DNA from: Myxococcota bacterium
Lineage (GTDB): Bacteria; Myxococcota_A; Polyangia; Polyangiales; Sandaracinaceae
NCBI GenBank assembly: GCA_036149055.1
Contig: JAYZQJ010000186.1
Location: 1 to 45,949 of the forward strand
Direction: 5' to 3'
DNA: 45,949 nucleotides
How positions within the stretch are numbered: position 1 is the stretch's first letter; each line of letters opens with the position of its first letter. Shown here one piece after another: positions 1 to 9,521 of this stretch. Position numbers and translations under genes: made by a program. Under the pieces are notes generated by a model. The model worked only from the letters and a program-made list of their open reading frames with translations. It was not told the DNA's origin and did no database searches.

Positions 1-4
1 CGGA

Positions 5-84
5 CCGGCGTTTCAGGGCAAGGCGCGACGACGAGTCGATGCCCCGCATCGGCGAGGAGGAGCAACGCCGCCCTGGAGCGTCGG
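5..84. repeat. Long imperfect palindromic intergenic element (REP/MITE-like), possibly cut by the window edge
   Basis: Nested inverted repeats: CGTTTCAGGGC (9-19) pairs imperfectly with GCCCTGGAGCG (70-80), GGCG with CGCC, inner TCGATGC-ccc-GCATCGG; resembles GGCAAGGCGCG...GAGCAACGCC repeats I recall from proteobacteria/myxobacteria. Confidence 0.5.
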
Positions 85-239
85 GACAAGCCAGGTCCCC
101 TTCTACCGGGATGGATCTCGCACTAGCAGTCGGCGCTCGGGGCGCACGATCCCGATGAACGACGCGCGCGGCACCGGGCACCGAGGTCCGTACCCCGCGC
201 AGACGCCACTCCGCTGGCGCTGCCTCGCCCGGAGGAACG

Positions 240-968
240 ATGGAACGACGATGGATCGCCGTGGCGCTGCTCTCCGTCCTGAGCGGCTGCAACTACTACG
301 ACAGCCCGCACGGCTGGTGCCCGGACGACGAACGCGACGACGGCCCGCGCCTCGACGACGCAGGAGCGCCGCGCTCGGACGCGGAGCCCTGCGGCGGCGG
401 CTGCGGAGACGACGCGGTCTGCGTCGAGGGCGCCTGCGCGCCGCTCGACGACGTCTGCCGACACGCGGTGGACTGCGGCCCGGGCCGCGCCTGCGTCGAC
501 AACGCGTGCCGGCCCGCCTGCGCCGGGGACGAGGACTGCGCGCACGGGACCGCCTGCGACCGCGGGCTGTGCCTGCCCGACGCGCGCTGCCAAGAGGCGG
601 CGGACTGCGACGCCGGCGAAGCCTGCGTGGAGCGCCGCTGCCTCGCCGGCTGCGCGGACGACGCCGCGTGCGGCCCGGACGGGCGCTGCGTGGAGGGACA
701 CTGTCGCCCCGACGTCGCCCCGCGGCCGTTCTGCGTAACCGACGCCGACTGCGCCCCGGGGCATCTGTGCGTCTCCGGCGTCTGCCGGACGCCCTGCCCG
801 AGCGGCGAAGACGACGAGTGTCGCCGGTGGGACGCCCAGCTCGTGCAATGCGAGGCGCCCGAGCCCGGACTGCACCTCTGCTACACGCGCGCCGAGTCGA
901 ACCCGGAGTGCGTCACCCGCGCCGACTGCGAGCCCAGCCGGCACTGCATCGATGGCCTCTGCCGATGA
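240..968 (+). CDS. Cysteine-rich repeat lipoprotein (myxobacterial type)
   Basis: GGAGG RBS; lipobox LSGC; tandem C-x4/5-DC-x4/5-C-x4-C repeats; stop overlaps next ATG (ATGA). Confidence 0.8.
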   Translation: MERRWIAVALLSVLSGCNYYDSPHGWCPDDERDDGPRLDDAGAPRSDAEPCGGGCGDDAVCVEGACAPLDDVCRHAVDCGPGRACVDNACRPACAGDEDCAHGTACDRGLCLPDARCQEAADCDAGEACVERRCLAGCADDAACGPDGRCVEGHCRPDVAPRPFCVTDADCAPGHLCVSGVCRTPCPSGEDDECRRWDAQLVQCEAPEPGLHLCYTRAESNPECVTRADCEPSRHCIDGLCR

Positions 969-1600
969 ACAGCCTCGCCGTTGAACGCTCCACGCTCGAG
1001 CGGGCACGAAGCGCCGTGCCCTCGCTGGCCGACGTGATCCCCTTCGCCCGCGCCCGACGCGACGCGATCGAGCTCGACGCCCTCCGGCGCGCCGATCCGG
1101 AGGCGGTCGCGCGCGCCTACCGAGCCCACCACCAGGCGGTCGAGGCGTTCGCCCGCCGCATGCTCGGGGACGCCGAGGCGGCGCGGGACGTGACCCACGA
1201 CGCCTTCGTCGCCCTCCCCGACGCCGCCGGCCGTTTCCGCGAGGGGGCCTCGCTGCGGACGTTCCTCATCGGGATCGCGCTGAACCTCTGCCGGCGCCGG
1301 ATCCGCAGCTCGGTCCGCAAGCGGCGCGCGCTCGGCCGCATGGAGGAGCGCGAGGTGCCCGAGCCGCCGGCGACGCCCGAGGCCGAGACCGGCCGGAGGC
1401 GGCTCGCCGCGGCGCTGCAGCGCGGCCTCGAGACCCTCCCCCTGGCCCAGCGCGAGGCCTTCGTGCTCTGCGCGGTCGAGGAGCGGCCGAGCCCGGAGGT
1501 GGCCGAGCTGCTCGGCGTGCCCGAGGGCACCGTCCGCACCCGGCTCTTCCACGCCAAGAAGAAGCTGCGCGCGTTCCTCGAGGCGGAGGGCCTGTCATGA
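965..1600 (+). CDS. ECF-type sigma-70 factor
   Basis: Region 2 (AARDVTHDAF...LRTFLIGIALN) and region 4 (LPLAQREAFVL...EVAELLGVPEGTVRTRLFHAKKKL); start at ATG 965 inside the longer listed ORF. Confidence 0.92.
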   Translation: MNSLAVERSTLERARSAVPSLADVIPFARARRDAIELDALRRADPEAVARAYRAHHQAVEAFARRMLGDAEAARDVTHDAFVALPDAAGRFREGASLRTFLIGIALNLCRRRIRSSVRKRRALGRMEEREVPEPPATPEAETGRRRLAAALQRGLETLPLAQREAFVLCAVEERPSPEVAELLGVPEGTVRTRLFHAKKKLRAFLEAEGLS

Positions 1601-2367
1601 GCGACGATCTCCTGGAGCGGGCCTGCGCGGCGCTGGCCGAGGAGACCACCCCGCCGGCCGACGACGCGTCCCTCGCGCGGGTGCTCTCGAGCCTGGAGGC
1701 GCGCCGGAGCCGCCGCGCGCACCGGCGCACCTGGCTGGCGGCGGCCGCGGCCGCGCTCCTGGCGGTGGCCGCGGCGCCGACCGCCTGGGCGTGGACGGGA
1801 GACTGGGTGCGGGCGCTGCTCGACCCGGCACCCGCTGCGCCCTCCCCCGAACCGGCGCCCTCCACGGCACGCTCCACCCGACCGGCGCCGCCCCCCTCCA
1901 TTGCGCCTTCGCGCCTCGACGAGAGCCACCTGGCTGCCGAAGCCCCCGAAGACCAGCGAGGCGACCCACCGACCGCCGGCGAGCCGCCACCCCCCCGCCC
2001 CGTCTCTGCGCCTCTGCGCCTCTGCGAGAGACGAATTGCCCTCGAAGCGCCCGAAGAGGAGAACGAGCCGTCCGTCGAAGGGCCCGGAGAGGCCGCGCGG
2101 ATCGAGCGGGCTCGCTACCAGCGGGCGTACCAGGCGCACTTCGCCGGCGCGCCCCAGGGCGAGGTGCTGGCCGCCTGGGACGACTACCTCCGCGCCTACC
2201 CCACCGGCCGCTACGCGCGAGAGGCGCGCTGGCATCGCGCCCTCACTCACATCCGGCTCGGCCGGCTCGAGGAGGCGCGCGAGGGGCTGCGGGCGAGCGC
2301 GCGACGCGGACACCGGGCCGAGGAGGCGCGCGCGCTGCTGGACGCCATGCCGGAGGCGACGCCGTGA
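1597..2367 (+). CDS. Probable anti-sigma factor: TM helix, Pro-rich linker, C-terminal TPR-like domain
   Basis: Coupled to the sigma gene (ATGA); hydrophobic AAAAAALLAVAAA segment; C-terminal WDDYLRAYPTGRYAREA TPR-like motif typical of myxobacterial anti-sigmas. Confidence 0.7.
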   Translation: MSDDLLERACAALAEETTPPADDASLARVLSSLEARRSRRAHRRTWLAAAAAALLAVAAAPTAWAWTGDWVRALLDPAPAAPSPEPAPSTARSTRPAPPPSIAPSRLDESHLAAEAPEDQRGDPPTAGEPPPPRPVSAPLRLCERRIALEAPEEENEPSVEGPGEAARIERARYQRAYQAHFAGAPQGEVLAAWDDYLRAYPTGRYAREARWHRALTHIRLGRLEEAREGLRASARRGHRAEEARALLDAMPEATP

Positions 2368-3920
2368 AGTGGCTGTGGCTGGCGCTCCTGCTCGCGCCCG
2401 GGGTGGCGCGGGCGCAGACCCTGAGCGTGCACGTCGAGGACGGGACGCCGGTGAGCGAGGCCCTCCTGCGTCGCGCGCTGGAGGACGACCTCGGGGTCGG
2501 CACCGAGGCGACCGCGCCGGAGCACGCCCGGCTGCATCTGCGCGCCGAAGGAGACCTGGTGGTGGTCCGGCTGCGCGCGCTCGGGGCCGCCGACCGGGTG
2601 CGCGCGATGACGCCGCTGCCCGACGTGGACGAGACGACCCGGGCGGTCGCGCTGATCGCGGCGAGCTTGTATCGAGACGAGTCGGGGGAGCTGCTGGCGC
2701 TGCTGCGCGCCAGGGTGGCCGAGGCGGGGGCTCTCGAGGCGCCGGCGGATCTCGCCGAGTCCGAGTCCGAGACCGAAGCCGAGTCCGAGTCCGAGCCCGA
2801 GTCCGAGTCCGAGTCCGAGTCCGAGTCCGAGTCCGAGTCCGAGTCCGAAGCCGAGTCCGAGTCCGAGTCCGAGTCCGAGTCCGAGTCCGAAGCCGAAGCC
2901 GAAGCCGAAGCCGAATCCGTGCGCCCGACCTCCCCGCTGGGGATCGACTTCTTGCCGCTGGTCGGGTGGTCGACGGGGGAGCTGGGGCGGGTGCGGCGGC
3001 GGGTCTCGCTGGGGGTGGTCGGGGCGCTGTCGGGGGGCGTCGACGGGGTGGCGCTCTCGGGGGTGATGGACCTCGCGCTCGGGGACGTGTCCGGGGTGCA
3101 GCTCGCGGGGGTGCTCGCGGTGGCCGGCGAGGTGCGCGGGGTGCAGGGCGGCGTGCTCTCGATCAGCGGCGGGCCGGTGAGCGGCGCGCAGCTCGGGGTG
3201 ATCGACGTCGCGGCCGGCGGGGTCTCGGGGCTGCAACTCGGGGTGGTCGACGTGGCCGCGGGGCCGGTGAACGGAGCGCAGATCGGGGTCGTCGACGTGG
3301 CGGCCGGCGCGGTGCACGGGGCGCAGCTCGGGGTGGTCAACGTGGCCGGCGACGTGCACGGCGCGCAGCTCGGCGTCATCAACGTCGGCGGCCGGGTCGA
3401 GGGCGCCCAGATCGGCGTCATCAACGTCGCCTCGCGGGCCGACGCGCAGATCGGGCTCGTCGGGGTGCAGGGCGAGGGCTGGACGCGGCTCCGTGCGATG
3501 GGCGACACGACCGGGGTGCTCGGCGTGGAGCTCGTGCACGGCGGACGCTTCACGCACATGGTCGCCACCGCCGGCGCCGCGCCCTTCCTCCAGCGCCCCC
3601 GGGCCGCGCTCGGGCTCGGCCTCGGGGCGCACGTCGCGCTCGTGGACGGGCTCACCCTCTCGTTCGAGGGGCTGTCCCGGATCCTGCTCGGCGAGGGCAT
3701 GCGGGACGGGCCCGAGCTGCCGGTGGAGCTGCTGGTGGAGCCGCGGGTGCTGCTCGCGGGCGCGCTCACCGACGGGCTGCGGCTGATCGGCGGGGTGGGC
3801 TACGCGATCCACTACGCCCCTCGGGCCGCCCCGGAGCTCGCGGGCCCCGTCCTGGTGCACGCCATCTCGGATCAGGTCCGGGCGTGGCCCAGCCTGTCGC
3901 TCGGGCTCGAGCTGTTCTGA
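2364..3920 (+). CDS. Secreted/outer-membrane protein with LA_2272-like (GxQxGVVNVA) repeats and ES linker
   Basis: GTG start overlapping previous stop; signal peptide KWLWLALLLAPGVARA; about 8 GAQ(L/I)GV(I/V)(D/N)VA repeats; C-terminal beta-strand ending in Phe (LSLGLELF). Confidence 0.75.
   Translation: MKWLWLALLLAPGVARAQTLSVHVEDGTPVSEALLRRALEDDLGVGTEATAPEHARLHLRAEGDLVVVRLRALGAADRVRAMTPLPDVDETTRAVALIAASLYRDESGELLALLRARVAEAGALEAPADLAESESETEAESESEPESESESESESESESESEAESESESESESESEAEAEAEAESVRPTSPLGIDFLPLVGWSTGELGRVRRRVSLGVVGALSGGVDGVALSGVMDLALGDVSGVQLAGVLAVAGEVRGVQGGVLSISGGPVSGAQLGVIDVAAGGVSGLQLGVVDVAAGPVNGAQIGVVDVAAGAVHGAQLGVVNVAGDVHGAQLGVINVGGRVEGAQIGVINVASRADAQIGLVGVQGEGWTRLRAMGDTTGVLGVELVHGGRFTHMVATAGAAPFLQRPRAALGLGLGAHVALVDGLTLSFEGLSRILLGEGMRDGPELPVELLVEPRVLLAGALTDGLRLIGGVGYAIHYAPRAAPELAGPVLVHAISDQVRAWPSLSLGLELF
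2757..2918 (+). repeat. Hexanucleotide microsatellite (GAGTCC/GAAGCC)n, about 27 units, encoding (ES/EA)n
   Basis: Read directly from the sequence; in frame within 2364-3920. Confidence 0.95.
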
Positions 3921-3939
3921 TCGCGCTACGCTGACGTCC

Positions 3940-4683
3940 ATGCGGCGGGCCGCCATCCGGGATCAGCTGCGAGCGCTCGGCGTGACCGAGGGCGGGGTCC
4001 TGCTCGTGCACACCTCCTTCCGGGCGGCGCGCCCCGTCGAGGGCGGGCCGCTCGGGCTGATCGAGGCGCTACGGGACGCGGTCGGGCCCGAGGGCACGCT
4101 GGTCATGCCGACGATGACCGACGGCGCGAGCGTGTTCGATCCGCGCCGCACCCCGACCGTCGACATGGGCGTGGTCGCGGAGACCTTCTGGCGGCTCCCG
4201 GGCGTGCGGCGGAGCACCCACCCGGGCGCCTCGTTCGCCGCCGCGGGGCCGCACGCCGAGCGCATCTGCGCCGAGCAGGCCCTCGCGCCGCCGCACGGCC
4301 CCGACAGCCCGGTGGGCCGCGTGCACGACCTCGACGGGCAGGTGCTGCTCCTCGGCGTGCATCACTCCGAGAGCACGACCATGCACCTCGCGGAGGCCCT
4401 CGCCGACGCCCCCTACGCGATCCACCACCCGCTGGTGATCGCGCCGGGCGTCACGGTCGAGGTGCCCGAGCACGATCACTGCTGCGTCGGCTTCCGCCGG
4501 ATGGACGCCTGGCTCGCCGGCCGGCAGAAGGTCGGTCACGTGGGTCACGCGGAGGCGCGCCTCGTCCGCGCCCGGGACGTCGTCGAGGTGGCGCGCGCCG
4601 CCCTCGCGCGCGATCCCTGGGTCTTCCTCTGCCCGGAGGGCACCTGCGGCGAGTGCGACCGCGCCCGCGGGATGAACGCGTGA
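3940..4683 (+). CDS. Aminoglycoside 3-N-acetyltransferase (Antibiotic_NAT/YokD) family protein
   Basis: Motifs LLVHTSF, GPEGTLVMPT, RRSTHP.ASFAA.G, SP.GR..DLDGQVLLLGV...STTMHLAE; C-terminal C..C..C. Confidence 0.85.
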   Translation: MRRAAIRDQLRALGVTEGGVLLVHTSFRAARPVEGGPLGLIEALRDAVGPEGTLVMPTMTDGASVFDPRRTPTVDMGVVAETFWRLPGVRRSTHPGASFAAAGPHAERICAEQALAPPHGPDSPVGRVHDLDGQVLLLGVHHSESTTMHLAEALADAPYAIHHPLVIAPGVTVEVPEHDHCCVGFRRMDAWLAGRQKVGHVGHAEARLVRARDVVEVARAALARDPWVFLCPEGTCGECDRARGMNA

Positions 4684-4810
4684 GCGCGAGTGGCCCGGGC
4701 TCACGCGAGACGAGCGGCCCGAGCGACGCCTACCTGCACCGCCACCGCGTCGTCCACCGAGCAGGTCGCGACCGCCGTCGGATTCGAGCCCGCGACGACG
4801 GACGGGACGG

Positions 4811-5128
4811 TCATGCGCCCTCGCCGTCTTTGCGGGACATCGAGGCGGCGCCGTCCGCGAACAGCCCGTCCTTGTCGAAGAACGACGAGCCCTCCACGAT
4901 CTCCACCTCGAGCTTGGTCCCCTCGAGGTCGTAGTCCTGGAGGCGCTCGACCGCGCGCTCGGCCTCGCCCTCGTCGGCGATCGCCAGGAAGGCCTCGCCG
5001 AGGTAGCAACCGGAGCCGCCGTCGCGAACGAGGAGCACCTCGCCTCGCAACCCCAGCTCGAGACACACAGCCTGCAGCTCGACCTCGGTGACACCGGAAG
5101 GAACATTGCGAACGTGGAGCCTGATCAT
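4811..5128 (-). CDS. RNA-recognition-motif (RRM) RNA-binding protein
   Basis: GGGAGG RBS; RNP2-like LHVRNVP, RNP1-like GEAFLAI, AERAVERLQDYDLEGTKLEV. Confidence 0.7.
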   Translation of the reverse strand: MIRLHVRNVPSGVTEVELQAVCLELGLRGEVLLVRDGGSGCYLGEAFLAIADEGEAERAVERLQDYDLEGTKLEVEIVEGSSFFDKDGLFADGAASMSRKDGEGA

Positions 5129-5345
5129 GACGCCTCCCGTCTCGACGACTGAGGCCAGAATGGACCGCGTCCGACGTACCCCAGGGTGACACGCCGAGCG
5201 CCGAATCGCCAGACTCGCGCGGGGCAACTCTGTCATCGTTGCGTCATGGGACTGGCGACCTTCGGGAGCGGTCGCAGGTGTAGCTGCGGGTGGTGCGCCG
5301 TCCGCAGCTCGACGCTCCGGACGCGCCCTCCCTACTGGAGCCACC

Positions 5346-6095
5346 GTGACCGTGATCCTGGTCTTCTTGGGCACCCACTGGGTCCTCGCCGCGTTCGTTC
5401 AGGTCTTCTTCCTGCACCGCTACGCGGCGCATCGACAGTTCACGATGTCGAAGCGCGCCGAGCGCTTCTTCTACGTGATGACCTACCTGGTCCTCGGCTC
5501 GAGCTACCTACCGCCCTACGCGTACGCGGTGCTGCATCGCATGCATCACGCGTACAGCGACACGGTGCGAGATCCTCACTCCCCCGAGAACTACCGCACG
5601 CCGCTCGGGATGATCCTGGCCACGCGGCGGAGCTTCGACGACCTCGCGCACCGCCGGGTCGAGGTGGAGCGGCGCTTCGCCGGCGGCTATCCCGAGTGGC
5701 CCGCCCTCGACCGGCTCGGGTGGTGGGCCCCAGGTCAGGTGGCCTGGGCCGTCGCGTACGCCCTCGTCTACATCGTCTTCGCGCCGAGCGTGTGGTTCTG
5801 GTTGCTCATCCCGGTGCACGTCTTCATGGCGCTCGTGCACGGGATGCTCGTGAACTGGTGCGGCCACCGCTACGGCTACCGCAACCACGACACTCGGGAC
5901 GTCTCGAAGAACGTGCTCCCCGTCGACTTCGTGGTGCTCGGCGACATGATGCAGAACAACCACCACAAGTACCCCATGCACACCAGCACCGCGAGCCGGT
6001 GGTTCGAGGTGGATCCCGTGGGCCTCGTGATCCGCGGGCTGGCGAAGCTCGGAGTGGTGTGCCCTCGCGTCCCGATCAGCGGGGACGCAAGATGA
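5346..6095 (+). CDS. Membrane acyl-CoA/fatty acid desaturase
   Basis: His boxes HRYAAH, HRMHH, QNNHH; VNWCGH; hydrophobic TM segments. Confidence 0.88.
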   Translation: MTVILVFLGTHWVLAAFVQVFFLHRYAAHRQFTMSKRAERFFYVMTYLVLGSSYLPPYAYAVLHRMHHAYSDTVRDPHSPENYRTPLGMILATRRSFDDLAHRRVEVERRFAGGYPEWPALDRLGWWAPGQVAWAVAYALVYIVFAPSVWFWLLIPVHVFMALVHGMLVNWCGHRYGYRNHDTRDVSKNVLPVDFVVLGDMMQNNHHKYPMHTSTASRWFEVDPVGLVIRGLAKLGVVCPRVPISGDAR

Positions 6096-6555
6096 AGCCG
6101 CCCTCGCTGCGCTGGCCGCCGCCGAAGTCCGCGACGAAGTGCACGAGGCGCTCCCCCGCCGCCGGGCCGGGGCTGACGGTGACCTGCACGTCGGAGGTCG
6201 AGTCGTCCCAGTCCCAGCTCCCGTGGCGCGGCCCGCTGCAGCCGGTCGCCCAGCCGCCGTCCTGGGTGCCCTCCATCTCGGCGAGCTCGTCCACCGAGAG
6301 CGCCAGCCGGGTCATCGCCCAGCCGAAGTCGTCGCCGCCGTCGCGGCCGGCGTGCAGGGTGACCTCGTCCCAGCCGAGCTCCACCTCGTAGGCGTCGGCG
6401 TCGAAGCGGCCGACGTCGGGCAGGTCCCCGCTGAGCCACGCGTCCTCGACCAGGTAGTCGGACGACTCGGCGTAGTCGTCGTCGGCGGGATAGAGGCAGC
6501 CGAGCCAGAGGATGGGGCCGAGGGCGAGGAGCCAGAGACGTGCGCGCTTTGTCAT
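6076..6555 (-). CDS. Hypothetical lipoprotein
   Basis: GGAGG RBS; signal with WLGC lipobox; GCSGP...WD.D motif. Confidence 0.65.
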   Translation of the reverse strand: MTKRARLWLLALGPILWLGCLYPADDDYAESSDYLVEDAWLSGDLPDVGRFDADAYEVELGWDEVTLHAGRDGGDDFGWAMTRLALSVDELAEMEGTQDGGWATGCSGPRHGSWDWDDSTSDVQVTVSPGPAAGERLVHFVADFGGGQRSEGGFILRPR

Positions 6556-6619
6556 GCCTCCAGAGTTACGGGCGCGCGCGCCTCGATCTCGCCAAAAATC
6601 GAGGCGCGCGTCCGAAAAA

Positions 6620-7216
6620 TCACGACCCGACGCAGCTCGAGCAGCTCGTGACGGTCAGGACCATCACGATCTCGTCCTCATCTACGGTCACTCCGGCGGC
6701 GTCGATGAGCTTCAGGTGGAAACGGTAGCGGTTCTCGCCCACCGCATAGCTGCCGGGGTCGATGCCCCAGCGGACGCCGCTCTCGCCGGGGAGGTTGTCG
6801 CGGGTCATCGTCTCGCAGCTCTCCTCGCGGTCGGCGAGCTGCATGCAGCGGTCGAGGGTCAGCAGGTAGTCGAGCGGGCGCTCCTCGTTGACGAGCACGT
6901 AGGGGTAGAAGAAGTCGAGCGCGATGTCGCCGTCGATGGTCATCGGCTCGGGCTCGATCGTCCACTCGACGTCGCGCACCGGGGCCGGCCCCGCGTCCTC
7001 GGCCACGCTCGCGTCGACCTCGCCGCCCGCGTCGTCCGGGCCGCCGTCGAGCCCGGCGTCATCCGGCGGGTCGACCCGCGCGTCCTCCCCGAGGCCTGCG
7101 TCTTCCAGGGCGTCGCCGCCCCCGCAGGCCGTCGCCATCACCGCCACCGCCAGAACGCCCAACCGAACGCACGTACGCAACGACAAGGCACACCTCTTGG
7201 GTAAGGGATGCGCCAA
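6620..7216 (-). CDS. Hypothetical lipoprotein (start may be slightly downstream)
   Basis: Lipobox-like ATAC, DAG-rich linker, globular C-terminal domain. Confidence 0.6.
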   Translation of the reverse strand: MAHPLPKRCALSLRTCVRLGVLAVAVMATACGGGDALEDAGLGEDARVDPPDDAGLDGGPDDAGGEVDASVAEDAGPAPVRDVEWTIEPEPMTIDGDIALDFFYPYVLVNEERPLDYLLTLDRCMQLADREESCETMTRDNLPGESGVRWGIDPGSYAVGENRYRFHLKLIDAAGVTVDEDEIVMVLTVTSCSSCVGS

Positions 7217-7261
7217 TGTGACATGCGGCGGACGCCGCGCCAGGGCCCCTGCTCGGCCTCG

Positions 7262-7816
7262 TCAGGGGCAGGCCACGCCCGACCAGGGCGCGGTGATCCA
7301 CGAGCCGAGCTCCGCCTGCTGCGCGCTCACCTCCACGCATCCGTCCGCGCGGGGCGTCAGGGTCCCGGCGAAGCCGGCGCGCTCGTAGCGCTGCGGCTCG
7401 GTCTCGAGCCAGTTGCGCCGGATCTGCGCGGACACGAACACCCCGGCCGGCACGAAACCCACCAGCATCGGGTCCGCGCCGTCGCCCCGGAAGAACGGGC
7501 GGCCGGTCCAGACGAGATCGATCTCGCCGTCGAAGGAGAGCGGCTCGGTCGGCAGCGCCTCGAGCTCCAGCTGGAGCACCTGGGCCTGCTCGTCGTCGGA
7601 CCAGTCGGGGCGCGGGTCGAACCGGCGCGAGCAGACCACCAGCGTGCCGTCGAGCTCGCACTCGGTCTCGGAGGCGAGCGCGCCCCCCGCGTCGGCCGCG
7701 GCGTCGTCGGCGACCCCGCCGTCGACGTCGGTCGAGGCGTCGACGCCGGGAGCCTCGGAGCTGCAGGCGATCATCCAGAGGGCGCACGCGGCGGTCACGA
7801 CTCTTGCAAAGCTCAT
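7262..7816 (-). CDS. Hypothetical lipoprotein
   Basis: Signal ending MIAC; acidic DA/DGG linker; Cys-containing domain. Confidence 0.6.
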   Translation of the reverse strand: MSFARVVTAACALWMIACSSEAPGVDASTDVDGGVADDAAADAGGALASETECELDGTLVVCSRRFDPRPDWSDDEQAQVLQLELEALPTEPLSFDGEIDLVWTGRPFFRGDGADPMLVGFVPAGVFVSAQIRRNWLETEPQRYERAGFAGTLTPRADGCVEVSAQQAELGSWITAPWSGVACP

Positions 7817-7875
7817 GTCGACCAGGCTACGTCCCACGGCTGGAAGCCGCAAGGCAGCTCGACCATCCTCCGACC

Positions 7876-8367
7876 ATGCGGTCTTCTCTCGCCTTCGCTT
7901 CGCTCCTGCTCCTCCTCCCCGCCCCTGCCCTCGCCTGCTCGGACGCCGGCCCCCGCAACGCCGAGTGCAACGACGGCGGCGCCGCGTGGATCGAGTGCGA
8001 CAGCCACGCCGACTGCCCGAGCGGCCAGCTCTGCGACGTCGACGGGCGCTGCGCGTGCGGGAGCTCGTGCCCCGGCGGGGAGACGTGCGACGGCGGCGCG
8101 TGCCGCTGCGCGCTCGGGGACGCGCCCGACGGGGGCCCGGGCTGCGAGACCATGCTGCTCTGCGGCGACTGGCTGGTCGTCTGCGACGATCTGGACGGCG
8201 GCGGGCCGGGCCCCGAGGGGGGCACCGGCATGGACGGCGGCGCCGGAGTCGCTCCCCCCTCCGGCGGCTGCGCGGCGTCGCCGGGCGAGTCCCGCCTCCC
8301 GTGGACGGCGCTCGGCCTGCTCGCCGTCGCCGGAGTCAGCCTGGCTCGCGCCAGGCGCCGCGGATGA
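7876..8367 (+). CDS. Cys-rich secreted protein with MYXO-CTERM-like sorting signal
   Basis: Signal peptide; Cys repeats; C-terminal GGCAA...PWTALGLLAVAGVSLARARRR. Confidence 0.75.
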   Translation: MRSSLAFASLLLLLPAPALACSDAGPRNAECNDGGAAWIECDSHADCPSGQLCDVDGRCACGSSCPGGETCDGGACRCALGDAPDGGPGCETMLLCGDWLVVCDDLDGGGPGPEGGTGMDGGAGVAPPSGGCAASPGESRLPWTALGLLAVAGVSLARARRRG

Positions 8368-9205
8368 GCGCCTGCAGCCGCGCCGGCTCGGTCGCGGTTG
8401 TCTTGAGCATGAAGCCGCTCTTGTGGGCGAAGTGCACGTCCGGCTCGCCCTCCACCCGGGAGAAGTCGAGCTTCGGGTGGTCCTCGTAGCGCGCGATGCC
8501 GTAGCCGTCGCCGCGCCGGTCCGGGTAGACGATGGCCGCGACCTCGCGCTCGAGCCCCTTGGCGCGCACGTAGCTCGCCACCGCGGCGCTCGGCTCGGCC
8601 GGCGGCGGATCGGTGCGGGGGAGGAACACGGCCTCGATCGGCCCGCCGTCCGCGTCGAGTGACCAGCGCTCCACCAGGTCCGACACCGCGGCGATGCGCG
8701 CGCGGATCTCGGCGAGGTAGTCGAGCAGGTCCTGACCGACGAAGCGCATGAACTCGTAGAGCGGGTCGCCGGCGCTCAGCTCGGACGTCCGGGCGAAGCG
8801 GCGGAGCAGGGTCACGTCGATCGGCGAGTGCAGCTGCGCGACCGCGCGGCGGGGGATGCCGAGGTGCGCGGCGGTCTTGTTCGGCCCGCGCGAGTCGAAC
8901 CACTCGGCCGGCTCGAGCCAGTCGCAGAACTTCTTCGCGTCCTCGTAGAGCCCGAGGTCGTCGAGCACCAGGCTGAGCGCGCAGGTCGGCGGGTGCTCGC
9001 GCGGGAAGTGGTGGTGATCGAAGTTCGCGCGGGCCGGGTCGTGGCTGCCGCCGATGTCGACCACCGCGACCGACGGATCGTCGAGGTCTTCGGGCGTCGG
9101 ATCGCGCCGCACCACCGGCGCGCCGTGCTTCGCGATGAGCACGCAGACCGCGAGCAGATCGTCTTTGTGGGCCCCGCCGGGGTGCGTGAGGATGCGGTCG
9201 ATCAT
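8336..9205 (-). CDS. MYG1/DHH-like metal-dependent hydrolase
   Basis: THPGGAHKDD, VVDIGG, FDHHH, C-terminal FAHKSGF motifs. Confidence 0.75.
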   Translation of the reverse strand: MIDRILTHPGGAHKDDLLAVCVLIAKHGAPVVRRDPTPEDLDDPSVAVVDIGGSHDPARANFDHHHFPREHPPTCALSLVLDDLGLYEDAKKFCDWLEPAEWFDSRGPNKTAAHLGIPRRAVAQLHSPIDVTLLRRFARTSELSAGDPLYEFMRFVGQDLLDYLAEIRARIAAVSDLVERWSLDADGGPIEAVFLPRTDPPPAEPSAAVASYVRAKGLEREVAAIVYPDRRGDGYGIARYEDHPKLDFSRVEGEPDVHFAHKSGFMLKTTATEPARLQALIRGAWREPG

Positions 9206-9245
9206 CGCCCGCGCATATCACGAACCCGACGGGGTCGCCGGACCG

Positions 9246-9521
9246 CTACTGAAACGACAGCGCGTTCGAGTACATGTTCAGGACCCTGCGGCACTCGCTC
9301 GGGTCGTCGTCCACCAGGCGCTGCGCCGCGTTCTGCGCCGTGCCCTCACACGCCGTGATCTCGGGGAGCGGCGCGTCGCAGAGACGGTGGCCCTCCCCTC
9401 CCTCGGCGCACACCGTGTCGTAGCAGGCCTGCGCCTTCTCCCGCGCCTGATCGCACGGGCCGCTGCAAGCCCCCAGCCCGAGGACCGCTCCGAGCACCCA
9501 TCCGAGGTTTCGCATCTTCAC
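9246..9521 (-). CDS. Small Cys-rich lipoprotein
   Basis: AAAGGAG RBS; lipobox LGAC; several Cys. Confidence 0.65.
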   Translation of the reverse strand: MKMRNLGWVLGAVLGLGACSGPCDQAREKAQACYDTVCAEGGEGHRLCDAPLPEITACEGTAQNAAQRLVDDDPSECRRVLNMYSNALSFQ

